IMG/VR virus record: IMGVR_UViG_3300020469_000010
Direction: 5' to 3' (one strand)
Source of the DNA: a virus
DNA length: 64,000 nucleotides
Part shown: piece after piece, positions 29,137-38,074 of the stretch
Layout: each line of letters begins with the position of its first letter
How positions within the stretch are numbered: the first letter of the stretch is position 1
The notes under the pieces: generated by a model
Databases searched by the model: none
What the model saw: the letters and a program-made list of their open reading frames with translations, nothing else
What the model was told of the DNA's origin: nothing
Made by a program: the position numbers and the translations under genes

Positions 29137-29790
29137 ATGAAAGATACTACATTCATTGGTGTTTATGATAATGTATTTACTAAATTACAATGTAAAGAAA
29201 TTATAGATTATTTTGAACAATCTAACGGTCGAACTATTATAGACAACGATGAAGCAATTCATCATAGAAATGATGAGCAACTTTTTATTCTTGATGACGG
29301 TAATGATGACGATAAAAATTATTCTGGTGATACAAAAATTTTTAATTTAGTCAATGATGGTGTGCAAAAATGTTATGATCTTTATCAAAAACGATACTGG
29401 GTTGTTAAAAAAAATGATTTAACTTTTGACCAAGATCATATTAAAATTCAAAAAACTTTACCTAGAGGTGGTTATCATATTTGGCATTGTGAGATAGATA
29501 GTTTACATATGGTTGACAGATGTTTGGTCTGGTTATTATATCTAAATGACATACCTAAAGGTGAAGGTGAAACAGAATTTTTATGGCAAGGTATTAGAGT
29601 ACAACCAAAAGCAGGGACGATGGTAGTTTGGCCCGCATTTTTCACACATTATCATAGAGGGAACCCCGTTTATTCATGTAGTAAATATATTGCAACTGGT
29701 TGGGGACATTATAGAACTGCCGACGAATGTGTTGAAGACTATTTTGAACGAGAAGAAGAAGACATCAATTTTATTAGGAGAAAAGACTAA
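29137..29790 (+). CDS. 2OG-Fe(II) oxygenase
   Basis: GGYHIWHCE, YLND, WPAFFTHYHRGNP, KYIATGW. Confidence 0.88.
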   Translation: MKDTTFIGVYDNVFTKLQCKEIIDYFEQSNGRTIIDNDEAIHHRNDEQLFILDDGNDDDKNYSGDTKIFNLVNDGVQKCYDLYQKRYWVVKKNDLTFDQDHIKIQKTLPRGGYHIWHCEIDSLHMVDRCLVWLLYLNDIPKGEGETEFLWQGIRVQPKAGTMVVWPAFFTHYHRGNPVYSCSKYIATGWGHYRTADECVEDYFEREEEDINFIRRKD

Positions 29791-29990
29791 TGGCGTTATC
29801 AGATCAAGTAAAAGAATCTTTAGATTCAGCAGAATACAATTTAAGAGAAGCACTTGCATTTTCTGCAAGGAATGAAAAACCATTTGTTAATAAAGCAATC
29901 GCAGAAATGATTCAGACTATTGATAATATGGTAAATGCTGATGAATTTTTTGATCAAATGGAACAAATCATAAAATCAAATGATGATTAG
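29790..29990 (+). CDS. conserved cyanophage hypothetical protein
   Basis: MALSDQVKESL..LREALAFSARNE. Confidence 0.7.
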   Translation: MALSDQVKESLDSAEYNLREALAFSARNEKPFVNKAIAEMIQTIDNMVNADEFFDQMEQIIKSNDD

Positions 29991-29995
29991 TTAAT

Positions 29996-30077
29996 GTGTC
30001 AGTTAAACAAACTGTCCACTACTCATTGACTTGAGTGGTGGATTCATGTATATTGTAAGAGTCAAAGGAACCCACCC
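29996..30077 (+). promoter_or_regulatory. early-cassette repeat (copy 3)
   Basis: GTGTCAGTT..AACTGTCCAC, TTGACT, TGTATATTGTAAGAGTCAAAGG, ATG. Confidence 0.8.
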
Positions 30078-30629
30078 ATGCACCTGATTGATTCTTTGGA
30101 AGCAAAAACTGATTGGGGTAAGATTTTTGGTGTGGTCGATTCTCTTTACAATGATAAAGGATTCTCCTCCAATGCTGATAACTTTGCCCGTGCTACTGCC
30201 GTAGAGAAAGCAATAGCAAAGTTTTCTGATCTTGACCGTGTTGATCAAACTGGTTACGATTTTCTTTTTGGTGATAAAAAAGTAGAACTAAAGATGGGTA
30301 AGAATTTGTTCTACAAAAGAAAGGATGTTCATGCTACTAAAAAATTCAAGGTCAAATCTTTTCTAAGTGAAACTAAAACTGTAGAAGATTTCAAGAAAAT
30401 AAAAACATTCGATTACATGATGGTAATTGATCTTACTGCTCGTCGTGTGGTAATTGTTGAAGATGAGAAAGCAAGATCACTCTATCAAGATGGTGCTGAC
30501 GGTGCTATGATTGAACTTAAACTCGGTGACTATTACGAATGTAATCTAGGTGAGTTTGATGTTACTGAACCTCCTGCAAGTTTGTCAGAATCTATCAATA
30601 ACGCCATTGAAGGTTATCTGGACTTCTGA
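30078..30629 (+). CDS. putative PD-(D/E)XK nuclease
   Basis: E..(helix)..GYD.....KVELK and FDYMMVID. Confidence 0.55.
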   Translation: MHLIDSLEAKTDWGKIFGVVDSLYNDKGFSSNADNFARATAVEKAIAKFSDLDRVDQTGYDFLFGDKKVELKMGKNLFYKRKDVHATKKFKVKSFLSETKTVEDFKKIKTFDYMMVIDLTARRVVIVEDEKARSLYQDGADGAMIELKLGDYYECNLGEFDVTEPPASLSESINNAIEGYLDF

Positions 30630-30630
30630 G

Positions 30631-30716
30631 TGTGCCAGTTCATCAAAGTGTCCACTGATCGTTGACAGGGCACTAGGATGTCCTATAATACATTTGTAAT
30701 CAAGGGATGATCCCTA
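30631..30716 (+). promoter_or_regulatory. early-cassette repeat (copy 4)
   Basis: GTGCCAGTT..AAGTGTCCAC, TTGACA-16-TATAAT. Confidence 0.8.
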
Positions 30717-31343
30717 ATGCCTCTCACCGCGGAACAAGGTTACAAGATTCGGGAAGAGTATTCCGACATTAAAGAAAAGGAAGTTTGTGAGGCTCATGGT
30801 CTGACACAAATTGGTGGTTCACGCACTAAAATTGATGGTAGTGATGGTGTTAATAACAAAAGCATCAAAAATATGTCAGGATCTTCCACACAGGTTCACT
30901 TAACAACACAGAAACATTTTATCAAAATGTTGAATATCAGTGGTGATGCTGCTGAGTTCATTGCACATTTCTGTGGTAGTGAAGGTTACAACTACAACGG
31001 TAAAGATCGTCGTACAGTTAAACAGATCGATTCTGTGCTGGTTGATGCTTTTAAAAAGTTTCTTGATGCAAACAAGGACAAAATTGTTGATCTTATCATT
31101 CGTAATGGATTTGATATTACATCAGTTGTAATTAAAAATACAAAGACAAATGAAGAATTAGAATTGACCTATCAAGAGATTTGTGATAAGATAAAAGATG
31201 CTCAGTGGGTCTTTCTCAGTGGTGGTATTCACCTAAAAAATGCTGATGGTAAGAGTTACTTTCACTTCCAGCGTGAGGGTAAAAAGAAACTGAGCAATCG
31301 TTACAATGTTCTGTGGCACATTCACCGTAATCTGTTTGTATGA
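30717..31343 (+). CDS. putative type II restriction endonuclease
   Basis: TKID..SIKN..QVHL and HFQREG motifs; ATGA overlap with the MTase. Confidence 0.5.
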   Translation: MPLTAEQGYKIREEYSDIKEKEVCEAHGLTQIGGSRTKIDGSDGVNNKSIKNMSGSSTQVHLTTQKHFIKMLNISGDAAEFIAHFCGSEGYNYNGKDRRTVKQIDSVLVDAFKKFLDANKDKIVDLIIRNGFDITSVVIKNTKTNEELELTYQEICDKIKDAQWVFLSGGIHLKNADGKSYFHFQREGKKKLSNRYNVLWHIHRNLFV

Positions 31344-32089
31344 TTATCAATAAAGATTGTATTGAAGGTATGAAGGAGATGGAAGAAAGTTCCGTCGATT
31401 GTATTGTCACATCTCCTCCATACAATAAAAAAGGATTACTAGGAAAAGTAACACCTGGCAATCAAATTTGGGGTAAGTTTCAGATCGACTATTCATCTTA
31501 TGGTGATGATATGCCAGAGGATCAATATCAGGCATGGATGATAGAATTTCTGAATGAATGTCATCGTGTGATTAAACCTGAGGGATCTATTTTCTTCAAT
31601 CACAAACCAAGAAGATACAAGAACCGATGTTATCTGCCAACAGATTTTACCAGTCAAAGTGATGCTCAACTCTATCAACTTATCATCTGGGATAGACGCA
31701 ACTCACCAAATATCAGGAATGATGTACTTGTGCCATGCACAGAGCACATTTATTGGTTCTGTAAAAAGAAACCAAGAGTATATCGTAATGCCATAGATCC
31801 TGTATATAAGAGTGAAATATGGGTGATCAATCCTGAACGACAGAAACAACATCCTGCACCATTTCCCCCACAACTGGTAGAGAACTGCATTAAACTTACC
31901 ACACAAGAAGGTGATTTAGTCCTCGATCCTTTCATGGGTTCAGGTACAACTGCTGTTGTATCACAAAAACTTAATAGAAAATGGATGGGATTTGATATTG
32001 ATAACAATTATGCTAATATGACAAGGGATCGTGTGGCAGTTAAAGAACCGTCACAGAACCCATTGAAAACCGCCTTAGATGCCCTATAA
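31340..32089 (+). CDS. N4-C/N6-A DNA methyltransferase, beta class
   Basis: DC, VTSPPY (motif IV), HPAPFP, VLDPFMGSGTT (motif I). Confidence 0.92.
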   Translation: MIINKDCIEGMKEMEESSVDCIVTSPPYNKKGLLGKVTPGNQIWGKFQIDYSSYGDDMPEDQYQAWMIEFLNECHRVIKPEGSIFFNHKPRRYKNRCYLPTDFTSQSDAQLYQLIIWDRRNSPNIRNDVLVPCTEHIYWFCKKKPRVYRNAIDPVYKSEIWVINPERQKQHPAPFPPQLVENCIKLTTQEGDLVLDPFMGSGTTAVVSQKLNRKWMGFDIDNNYANMTRDRVAVKEPSQNPLKTALDAL

Positions 32090-32118
32090 TACATTTGTAA
32101 ACAAGGAACAACCTCCTC
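32031..32118 (+). promoter_or_regulatory. early-cassette repeat (copy 5), overlapping the MTase 3' end
   Basis: GTGGCAGTT..AACCGTCAC, TTGAAA..TATAAT, AAGGAA RBS. Confidence 0.7.
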
Positions 32119-32571
32119 ATGGCAAGAAGTTTCACCGATTATGTTGCCCAACAAGATGTTAGAAATAATCTGCAACTTAAAGTCCGTGAGTATTGCCTGA
32201 TGTTGTGTGAGGCACTGGAGCAGGATTTTGTAAAAGATTCTCTCCGTCGTGCTAATTTTTTCCTGAAAACTGATCCTGAATATCGTGAAGATCGTATTAA
32301 GCGTATTCAACAAGGTGAAGATCGTTACAAATACTATATTGAGAGTGGTAGAAAGTATCACAAAATTATCATGGAGACCGATGGTGGTTCCCGTAGTGTT
32401 CATTGTTTTGTCAACATGAAGACTGGTGAGTTGCATAAAGCAGCATCATTCAAAGCACCAGTAAAAGAACCTCGTTTCGACCTGCGTATCATCAAAGAGC
32501 GTGAGTGGGTATTTGAGAACTGTGATTGGTCTGGTGGTTATCTTTACAAAAACGCATATTACACTGGTTGA
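32119..32571 (+). CDS. conserved phage early hypothetical protein
   Basis: GRKYHKI..SVHCFV..TG..KAAS.KAP. Confidence 0.8.
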   Translation: MARSFTDYVAQQDVRNNLQLKVREYCLMLCEALEQDFVKDSLRRANFFLKTDPEYREDRIKRIQQGEDRYKYYIESGRKYHKIIMETDGGSRSVHCFVNMKTGELHKAASFKAPVKEPRFDLRIIKEREWVFENCDWSGGYLYKNAYYTG

Positions 32572-32733
32572 GATATGATTGTAAATCTCACAAAGAATGA
32601 GGTAAAGCATCTTGTCTACCTTTTAGGTAGAGGAGATGCTGATTATCCTGAACTAAATGGCAATCTACTGAAAAAACTAGAACCATTAGTTGACATCTGC
32701 ACATGTCAAGAAAAAAACAATTAACTAAAAATC

Positions 32734-32958
32734 ATGAAAACTCCAGACAAAATGAAAGAAGAGTATAAAAAACTCTTTTGTGAAGTAATGTGTGAACTAT
32801 GTGAATATGAAGATGGTGTAGATGTTTTCCGTCATTGTTTAAATTATGCTATCGGAGATGTTGGTTCATGGCATATTAAAGAATTAGGTTATCTTAATTC
32901 TATGCAGATGATTACAGATGAAGAATTTGATAAAAAAGAAACAAATAAAGAGGAATGA
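32734..32958 (+). CDS. hypothetical protein
   Basis: 74-aa ORF. Confidence 0.6.
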   Translation: MKTPDKMKEEYKKLFCEVMCELCEYEDGVDVFRHCLNYAIGDVGSWHIKELGYLNSMQMITDEEFDKKETNKEE

Positions 32959-32959
32959 T

Positions 32960-33023
32960 TGTGCCAGTCTGAGAACTGTCCACTAAATCCCCCATTGGAC
33001 CCAAAACCATGTATAGTAGCAGT
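32960..33023 (+). promoter_or_regulatory. early-cassette repeat (copy 6)
   Basis: GTGCCAGTC..AACTGTCCAC..CATGTATAGT. Confidence 0.7.
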
Positions 33024-33914
33024 ATGCAAAACAAACATCAAGAACATCCCGAAGACACCATTCTGACTGGTGATCTTTCTGCTATTGATCTACTCTACAA
33101 CTTCACACATGCCAGTGTAAAGATGGACGGAGCTCCTGCAATCGTTTGGGGCACAGATCCTGCTACTGGCACATTTTTTGTTGGAACTAAAGCAGTTTTC
33201 AACAAACAAAAAATTCGTATTGCACACTCTCATGATGAAATTGACCAATTCTATAAAGAAGAGGTTGCTGATATTCTTCATGCTTGTTACAATTTTCTAC
33301 CTCGTACAAATCGTATCATTCAAGGCGATTTTATTGGGTGGGGCACTGGTAGCGTTTTTACTCCCAACACGATTACTTACAAATTTCCCGAATTTGTAAA
33401 GCAAAAGTGCATTATTGCACCTCATACAGAATACTTTGCTGAAAATGATCTGCGTGATGCTATAGCAGAACCTCTCACAGATTATTTTGAGCATAACATC
33501 AGAGTAAGATGGGTTCAACCTTGTGTGGATTGGTTCTTAAGTCCTACAACACCAAAAATTGACACTACTGATGTCAATTTTATGGACAAACGAACATCAG
33601 ATTGCTGCAAAAAAATTATCAATGCTTTTGTGCGAGAGGGTAAAGAACTTACCCATGAATTGCTGACTATTGTGTTTGATTGTCCCAAACTTGCAAGTCT
33701 TTATCTCACTGTAATTGAGATGAAAGAGGATCTTATCGATAGTTTCAAGATTACAGATTGTCCCAAATCTTACATTGGTGATCTTCAAGTTAAGCAAGAA
33801 GGTTTTGTTATCTCGGACGATTCTGGTCGCATGATTAAACTTGTTGATCGAGAAGTTTTCTCCATGAATAACTTTAACATGCCCAAACGATGGGAGTCCC
33901 CGAACCAGTCGTAA
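33024..33914 (+). CDS. ligase-like nucleotidyltransferase-fold protein (DUF6267-like)
   Basis: SVKMDGAP (KxDG), QGDF, EGFV, KLVDR; likely true start at 33024. Confidence 0.65.
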   Translation: MQNKHQEHPEDTILTGDLSAIDLLYNFTHASVKMDGAPAIVWGTDPATGTFFVGTKAVFNKQKIRIAHSHDEIDQFYKEEVADILHACYNFLPRTNRIIQGDFIGWGTGSVFTPNTITYKFPEFVKQKCIIAPHTEYFAENDLRDAIAEPLTDYFEHNIRVRWVQPCVDWFLSPTTPKIDTTDVNFMDKRTSDCCKKIINAFVREGKELTHELLTIVFDCPKLASLYLTVIEMKEDLIDSFKITDCPKSYIGDLQVKQEGFVISDDSGRMIKLVDREVFSMNNFNMPKRWESPNQS

Positions 33915-33985
33915 AAGTGGCACACAGACCCTTGTGGATGCCTTAAAATCATGTATTATTAAAGAGTCAAAGGAACACAGCAACC
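33903..33985 (+). promoter_or_regulatory. early-cassette repeat (copy 7)
   Basis: ACCAGTC..AAGTGGCAC; exact TGTATTATTAAAGAGTCAAAGG. Confidence 0.85.
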
Positions 33986-34132
33986 ATGGACACCAAAACT
34001 TATCCGATTTTTTCGGAACTTGCTGAAATTTTTGAAGATATAAGTGATGAATCTGTTGATCAACTTCTTAATGAAATGGAACCTAAAAAATTCAATGTTG
34101 AAGAGTATTTGAATAGTAATTACGATTACTGA
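33986..34132 (+). CDS. small acidic protein (48 aa, not in the ORF track)
   Basis: MDTKTYPIFSELAEIFED...NYDY directly after the repeat RBS. Confidence 0.7.
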   Translation: MDTKTYPIFSELAEIFEDISDESVDQLLNEMEPKKFNVEEYLNSNYDY

Positions 34133-34170
34133 TCAAAGTTACACTGATTTTCAAAAACTTTTTTTCAATC

Positions 34171-34584
34171 ATGGGCACTCGTTCACGCATCGGTATTCAA
34201 CTTTCAGATGACTCTATTCTTTCTGTTTATCATCATTGGGATGGTTATCCTTGCTGGTTGGGCAGGATTCTTGAAACGCACTACAATACGAAGGAGAAAG
34301 TATCCGGACTGATTGATAGTGGGGATATGTCAACTTGCTGGACTGATAAAATCTGGGGTAAGGATCGTACTGATGGTCAAAAGTATGGTCCTGAAACTTA
34401 TGCTGATCGTGGTGAAGATTGTCCTCCCCGTTTAGATAAAGATATGGAAGAATTTTTCTCTGATGGTGAAGAATACTCCTATATTTTCCGCAATAATAAC
34501 TGGTTTGCCTACGATATGCACCAATTTGAAGATATTGTTGCACCTGAACCTGTAGAAATACCATCGGGAGAGTTGATGGTATGA
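34171..34584 (+). CDS. conserved phage hypothetical protein
   Basis: MGTRSRIG..SVYHHWDGYP..EEYSYIF. Confidence 0.8.
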   Translation: MGTRSRIGIQLSDDSILSVYHHWDGYPCWLGRILETHYNTKEKVSGLIDSGDMSTCWTDKIWGKDRTDGQKYGPETYADRGEDCPPRLDKDMEEFFSDGEEYSYIFRNNNWFAYDMHQFEDIVAPEPVEIPSGELMV

Positions 34585-34811
34585 AACCTGATATTATAGG
34601 TAGAATAATCGGATCATTTCTAGTTGTTTCTGCTTATTTTGTTGTTTTGCATGTTAGTGTGACAACTGGAGTGATTATGCACTTCATTGCTGATTTAATT
34701 TCAGTACCATTTTTTGTAAGAACTAAATCTTGGGATGTTGTTATCATGCTAGGATTCTTACTTGTTATTTCATTTACTAAATTATCCGGAGTTTCCAATG
34801 AAATCCTATGA
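34581..34811 (+). CDS. small membrane protein
   Basis: About three hydrophobic segments. Confidence 0.7.
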   Translation: MKPDIIGRIIGSFLVVSAYFVVLHVSVTTGVIMHFIADLISVPFFVRTKSWDVVIMLGFLLVISFTKLSGVSNEIL

Positions 34812-35208
34812 AGATCAACGACGTGAAAGATTGAGTGATGCTATTTTCGATTACATTCAAGACGATAATGTTGATGCAAGAGAATTATATCGAGATATTA
34901 AAAATGAAGTCGTAAGTTCAATGAATTATTATAAAAGATATGCAGATAAATGTAATGATCTTTTGGACAAGTTGAATGGATATAGGGAGGTTGATTTTAG
35001 TTTAGAGGATTTAGCACCTCAAGATAATCAGTTGATGAATAAAATTCAAGCAACTTCTCCATATAATGATGGTTGGACTAAAGAATTTTACAACGAAATC
35101 GTAAAAGATACTGAAACAAATGGTATCAGCACTGCTAGTATTGGCATGGGAACATCTCCTGATTGGCAAAAGTTCTGGAATGAGGATTCGATTCTGACAG
35201 ATTGCTGA
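34798..35208 (+). CDS. hypothetical protein
   Basis: ATG 34798 overlaps the upstream gene end. Confidence 0.65.
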   Translation: MKSYEDQRRERLSDAIFDYIQDDNVDARELYRDIKNEVVSSMNYYKRYADKCNDLLDKLNGYREVDFSLEDLAPQDNQLMNKIQATSPYNDGWTKEFYNEIVKDTETNGISTASIGMGTSPDWQKFWNEDSILTDC

Positions 35209-35594
35209 TGGAAAATCTTTTCAAACTGGCAACAGAAGTCGCTTCAACATCACCTTCAAAGAAAAAGGTTGGTGCTATTCTTCTCAAGAAAAACAGGGTA
35301 ATTGTCTGTGCCACTAACAATGAAACCAAAACTCACCCAATTCAAGCACATTGGGCAAAAAAAGTTGGACGACCTCAGAAGATTTTTCTTCATGCAGAAT
35401 TGTCCGCATTGGTTAAAGCGAGAGAAGAAGGTGACAAAATTATTGTTGCTCGTTTGGGAGGACATAATCACGATGAACTTAGAATGGCAAGACCTTGCCC
35501 AGTATGTGAGGCTTATTTAAGAGAATGTGGAGTCACTGATGTATATTATTCAGTGACAAATAACAAATGGACCTATGAACATTGGAGTAATTAA
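35208..35594 (+). CDS. zinc-dependent nucleoside/nucleotide deaminase
   Basis: VGAIL, HAE, PCPVC. Confidence 0.85.
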   Translation: MENLFKLATEVASTSPSKKKVGAILLKKNRVIVCATNNETKTHPIQAHWAKKVGRPQKIFLHAELSALVKAREEGDKIIVARLGGHNHDELRMARPCPVCEAYLRECGVTDVYYSVTNNKWTYEHWSN

Positions 35595-35596
35595 TC

Positions 35597-35917
35597 ATGC
35601 TTTTTGATATTGAAGTAAGACCCGGAAATAATACTGAATTTTTTCAGTATTATAGTGAAACTGTAGAAGCACTTACTTCGCATGATGCTGTTGCAAGGGT
35701 TCAACGTGCTAATCCAGGATGTCAAGTAAGATGCACTAATTCTTACAATGCAGATAATTCAGGTTCTTCTATTTCTAGCATGGGTGAGATTGGATCTTAC
35801 CTAATTCTTGGTGCAATTATCTTTGCTCTCTGGTTAATTGTTGAATACTGGTGGATCGCATTACCTGCCGGATTGATTGCATTAGGAGCATGGATTCTGA
35901 AACTATGTGGTAAATAA
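35597..35917 (+). CDS. hypothetical protein with C-terminal membrane segments
   Basis: 106 aa with a hydrophobic C-terminus. Confidence 0.65.
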   Translation: MLFDIEVRPGNNTEFFQYYSETVEALTSHDAVARVQRANPGCQVRCTNSYNADNSGSSISSMGEIGSYLILGAIIFALWLIVEYWWIALPAGLIALGAWILKLCGK

Positions 35918-36020
35918 TCATTTTTTGATAATTCTGCTGGCAACCCTGACCTAGACTTCATTTCACTCAAAAATGCAAGAAAATCAATTTATGACATTTT
36001 CAGATCCCTGTCCACTACTA

Positions 36021-36107
36021 GGTGGACAGTTCTTTAAAGTGTCCACCATAGGTTGATTCCGGCCGGTTTTCGTGTATTCTATAAGAGTCAAAGGAAAACA
36101 ACCACCC
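36021..36107 (+). promoter_or_regulatory. early-cassette repeat (copy 8)
   Basis: GGTGGACAGTT-CTTTA-AAGTGTCCACC, TTGATT, TGTATTCTATAAGAGTCAAAGG. Confidence 0.85.
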
Positions 36108-36263
36108 ATGAGACCAGTCGAAAAACATCTCGCAGACCCATACAATCGTCTCCGTTATTGTTATGAGTTTTTGAGGGAAGATGATCCCGATATGTATAAA
36201 AAAGCAATGCGTCGTATCTATTACTTTCTCTCTACACTTGAAGAGACAGAGTATCACTACTGA
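36108..36263 (+). CDS. hypothetical early protein
   Basis: ATG follows the repeat RBS. Confidence 0.7.
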   Translation: MRPVEKHLADPYNRLRYCYEFLREDDPDMYKKAMRRIYYFLSTLEETEYHY

Positions 36264-36283
36264 ACCACACTTTTTCTAAACTC

Positions 36284-36565
36284 ATGAACTACAGACTCAA
36301 AGATCTTCAAGAACGTGTCAACAAACTGATCAAAGAACAGGGTGAGGATGCAGAATGTGGAGCATGGATCTACACCAAGAATGATTGTCATTTAAAGGAT
36401 GAAGATGGTAACACTGATTATGGTAACAATGTAGAAGATCCTGAAGTCATTGAACGTATCTTCGATGAAGTTGGGAACATTGATTACATCTACACTGTGA
36501 TTCAGGAGTGTATTGATGAGGTTACAGAAGAGCAACTTATGTTACAACAACAGGAACTAGTTTGA
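36284..36565 (+). CDS. hypothetical acidic protein
   Basis: 93-aa ORF. Confidence 0.7.
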   Translation: MNYRLKDLQERVNKLIKEQGEDAECGAWIYTKNDCHLKDEDGNTDYGNNVEDPEVIERIFDEVGNIDYIYTVIQECIDEVTEEQLMLQQQELV

Positions 36566-36734
36566 TGATTACTCAAAAAACACAAATGACCAAAATCATG
36601 TCACAATGTGAGGGAGCAGATACACTTACTAGAGAGCAAAAGTTTCAAGTTTTCTGTAATGTATGTGACAACCTGCTTGAACAAGGCAGAATGACCAAAG
36701 CAACTCACACTCGTTGGACCAACATTTTTTGATC

Positions 36735-36986
36735 ATGATTTTTAAAGGCACAAATCCATCTCCAGTTTACATAAACAAGGAACGCAGTAATTACAGTGTT
36801 TCTGTTTATAGTTCAACAAAAATTGATGATCATGGAATCATTGAGCATCATTTCAAAACATTCAGAACGAAATATCAAAATTTCAGTGATGCTGAAAGTG
36901 CTGGATGGCATTACATTAACTCCCGAGAAACTATGCAAGCATGGAGAGGATCAATTCGATCATTCGATGAGGCATTAGCAAAATGA
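36735..36986 (+). CDS. hypothetical protein
   Basis: MIFKGTNPS...; in-frame ATG within the track ORF. Confidence 0.6.
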   Translation: MIFKGTNPSPVYINKERSNYSVSVYSSTKIDDHGIIEHHFKTFRTKYQNFSDAESAGWHYINSRETMQAWRGSIRSFDEALAK

Positions 36987-37129
36987 AATGGGAGGTTAAA
37001 TTGTATGTTGCTGGAAAAGTATTCATGGAAGAAGTTTATGCCAGCAATCATAAGGATGCAAAACTAACAGCAACTGCCCGCAATCCTACGGCAAAAGTGA
37101 TAGGAGTCAATCCTATAGTAGGCAGTTGA
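36983..37129 (+). CDS. small conserved cyanophage protein (48 aa, not in the ORF track)
   Basis: MKWEVKLYVAGKVFMEEVYA..ATARNPTAKVIGVN. Confidence 0.7.
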   Translation: MKWEVKLYVAGKVFMEEVYASNHKDAKLTATARNPTAKVIGVNPIVGS

Positions 37130-37201
37130 TGAAGTGTCCACTATTTGCTGACAGGGCCCCAGAATCATGTATTATTAAAGAGTCAAAGGCACAGCACTCA
37201 A
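37118..37201 (+). promoter_or_regulatory. early-cassette repeat (copy 9)
   Basis: GTAGGCAGTT..AAGTGTCCAC; exact 22-nt core. Confidence 0.85.
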
Positions 37202-37465
37202 ATGACCTCACAAACTTACAACGGTTGGACAAACTATGAGACCTGGAACGCATCACTTTGGATTGGAAATGATGAGTTCCTGTATAATACTGCAAAGGCA
37301 TGTGTTGAGTTCTGCGATGATAACGAAACCCCATGGGATAAGTTCATTCGTTGTATGATGGAAGGGCAAATTGGTCGATTCTTGGGTACAACTGGCGACG
37401 GTGTTTCTTGGGATGATTCTAACATCGACGCAGATGAAATGAATGAAATGATGGCAGAACTGTAG
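37202..37465 (+). CDS. conserved phage hypothetical protein (YNGWTNYETW family)
   Basis: ATG follows the repeat; YNGWTNYETWN..LWIGNDE. Confidence 0.8.
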   Translation: MTSQTYNGWTNYETWNASLWIGNDEFLYNTAKACVEFCDDNETPWDKFIRCMMEGQIGRFLGTTGDGVSWDDSNIDADEMNEMMAEL

Positions 37466-37543
37466 ACAGTTAATAAGGTGTCCACTGTTTCCACACAGGG
37501 CACCTGAATCGTGTATTATTAAAGAGTCAAAGGAAAGCAACCA
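37462..37543 (+). promoter_or_regulatory. early-cassette repeat (copy 10)
   Basis: GTAGACAGTT..AGGTGTCCAC; exact 22-nt core. Confidence 0.85.
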
Positions 37544-37708
37544 ATGAAACCCTATCCACTTGGCATCGACAATCCTATCATCGTCAAAGGTGTTTTTGGT
37601 TCACACAAATGGGCATTATATTGGAAAAATGATATGATCAAGATTGGCACATTTTCCAATCAGCATGATGCAATGGAGGCACGTCAAGCAATCATCAAAT
37701 CATTATGA
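37544..37708 (+). CDS. small early protein (54 aa, not in the ORF track)
   Basis: MKPYPLGIDNPIIVKGVFGSHKWALYW... after the repeat RBS. Confidence 0.7.
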   Translation: MKPYPLGIDNPIIVKGVFGSHKWALYWKNDMIKIGTFSNQHDAMEARQAIIKSL

Positions 37709-37867
37709 AAATGACTAACACTGTCCGTATCATTGACAAACTTGGATTGTTCCCTGAAACCAAAGGTAAGGCGCGTTATGTATCAGTCAAGACCTACAAT
37801 CATGCCATGGAAATTGTAGATGAACAAAACAAACTTGGTAACATCGCAACCCTAATCAACTGGTAAA

Positions 37868-38059
37868 ATGAAAACTACCACACAAACTTACAACATTCGC
37901 GTTGAGACTTGTGACTTCAAAGTGATAGAGTTTCAACGCACATTGCCCACTAAACCAACAACATCCAAGGGCATAAAAGCACAGAATAGTAAACTTGAGC
38001 AATGGGTAATGAAAGAATTACCTTATTACTCCCGCATCGAAATCACTCCTGCAAACTAA
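37868..38059 (+). CDS. hypothetical protein
   Basis: 63-aa ORF in a tight operon. Confidence 0.6.
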   Translation: MKTTTQTYNIRVETCDFKVIEFQRTLPTKPTTSKGIKAQNSKLEQWVMKELPYYSRIEITPAN

Positions 38060-38074
38060 CACCAATCAAGCACA

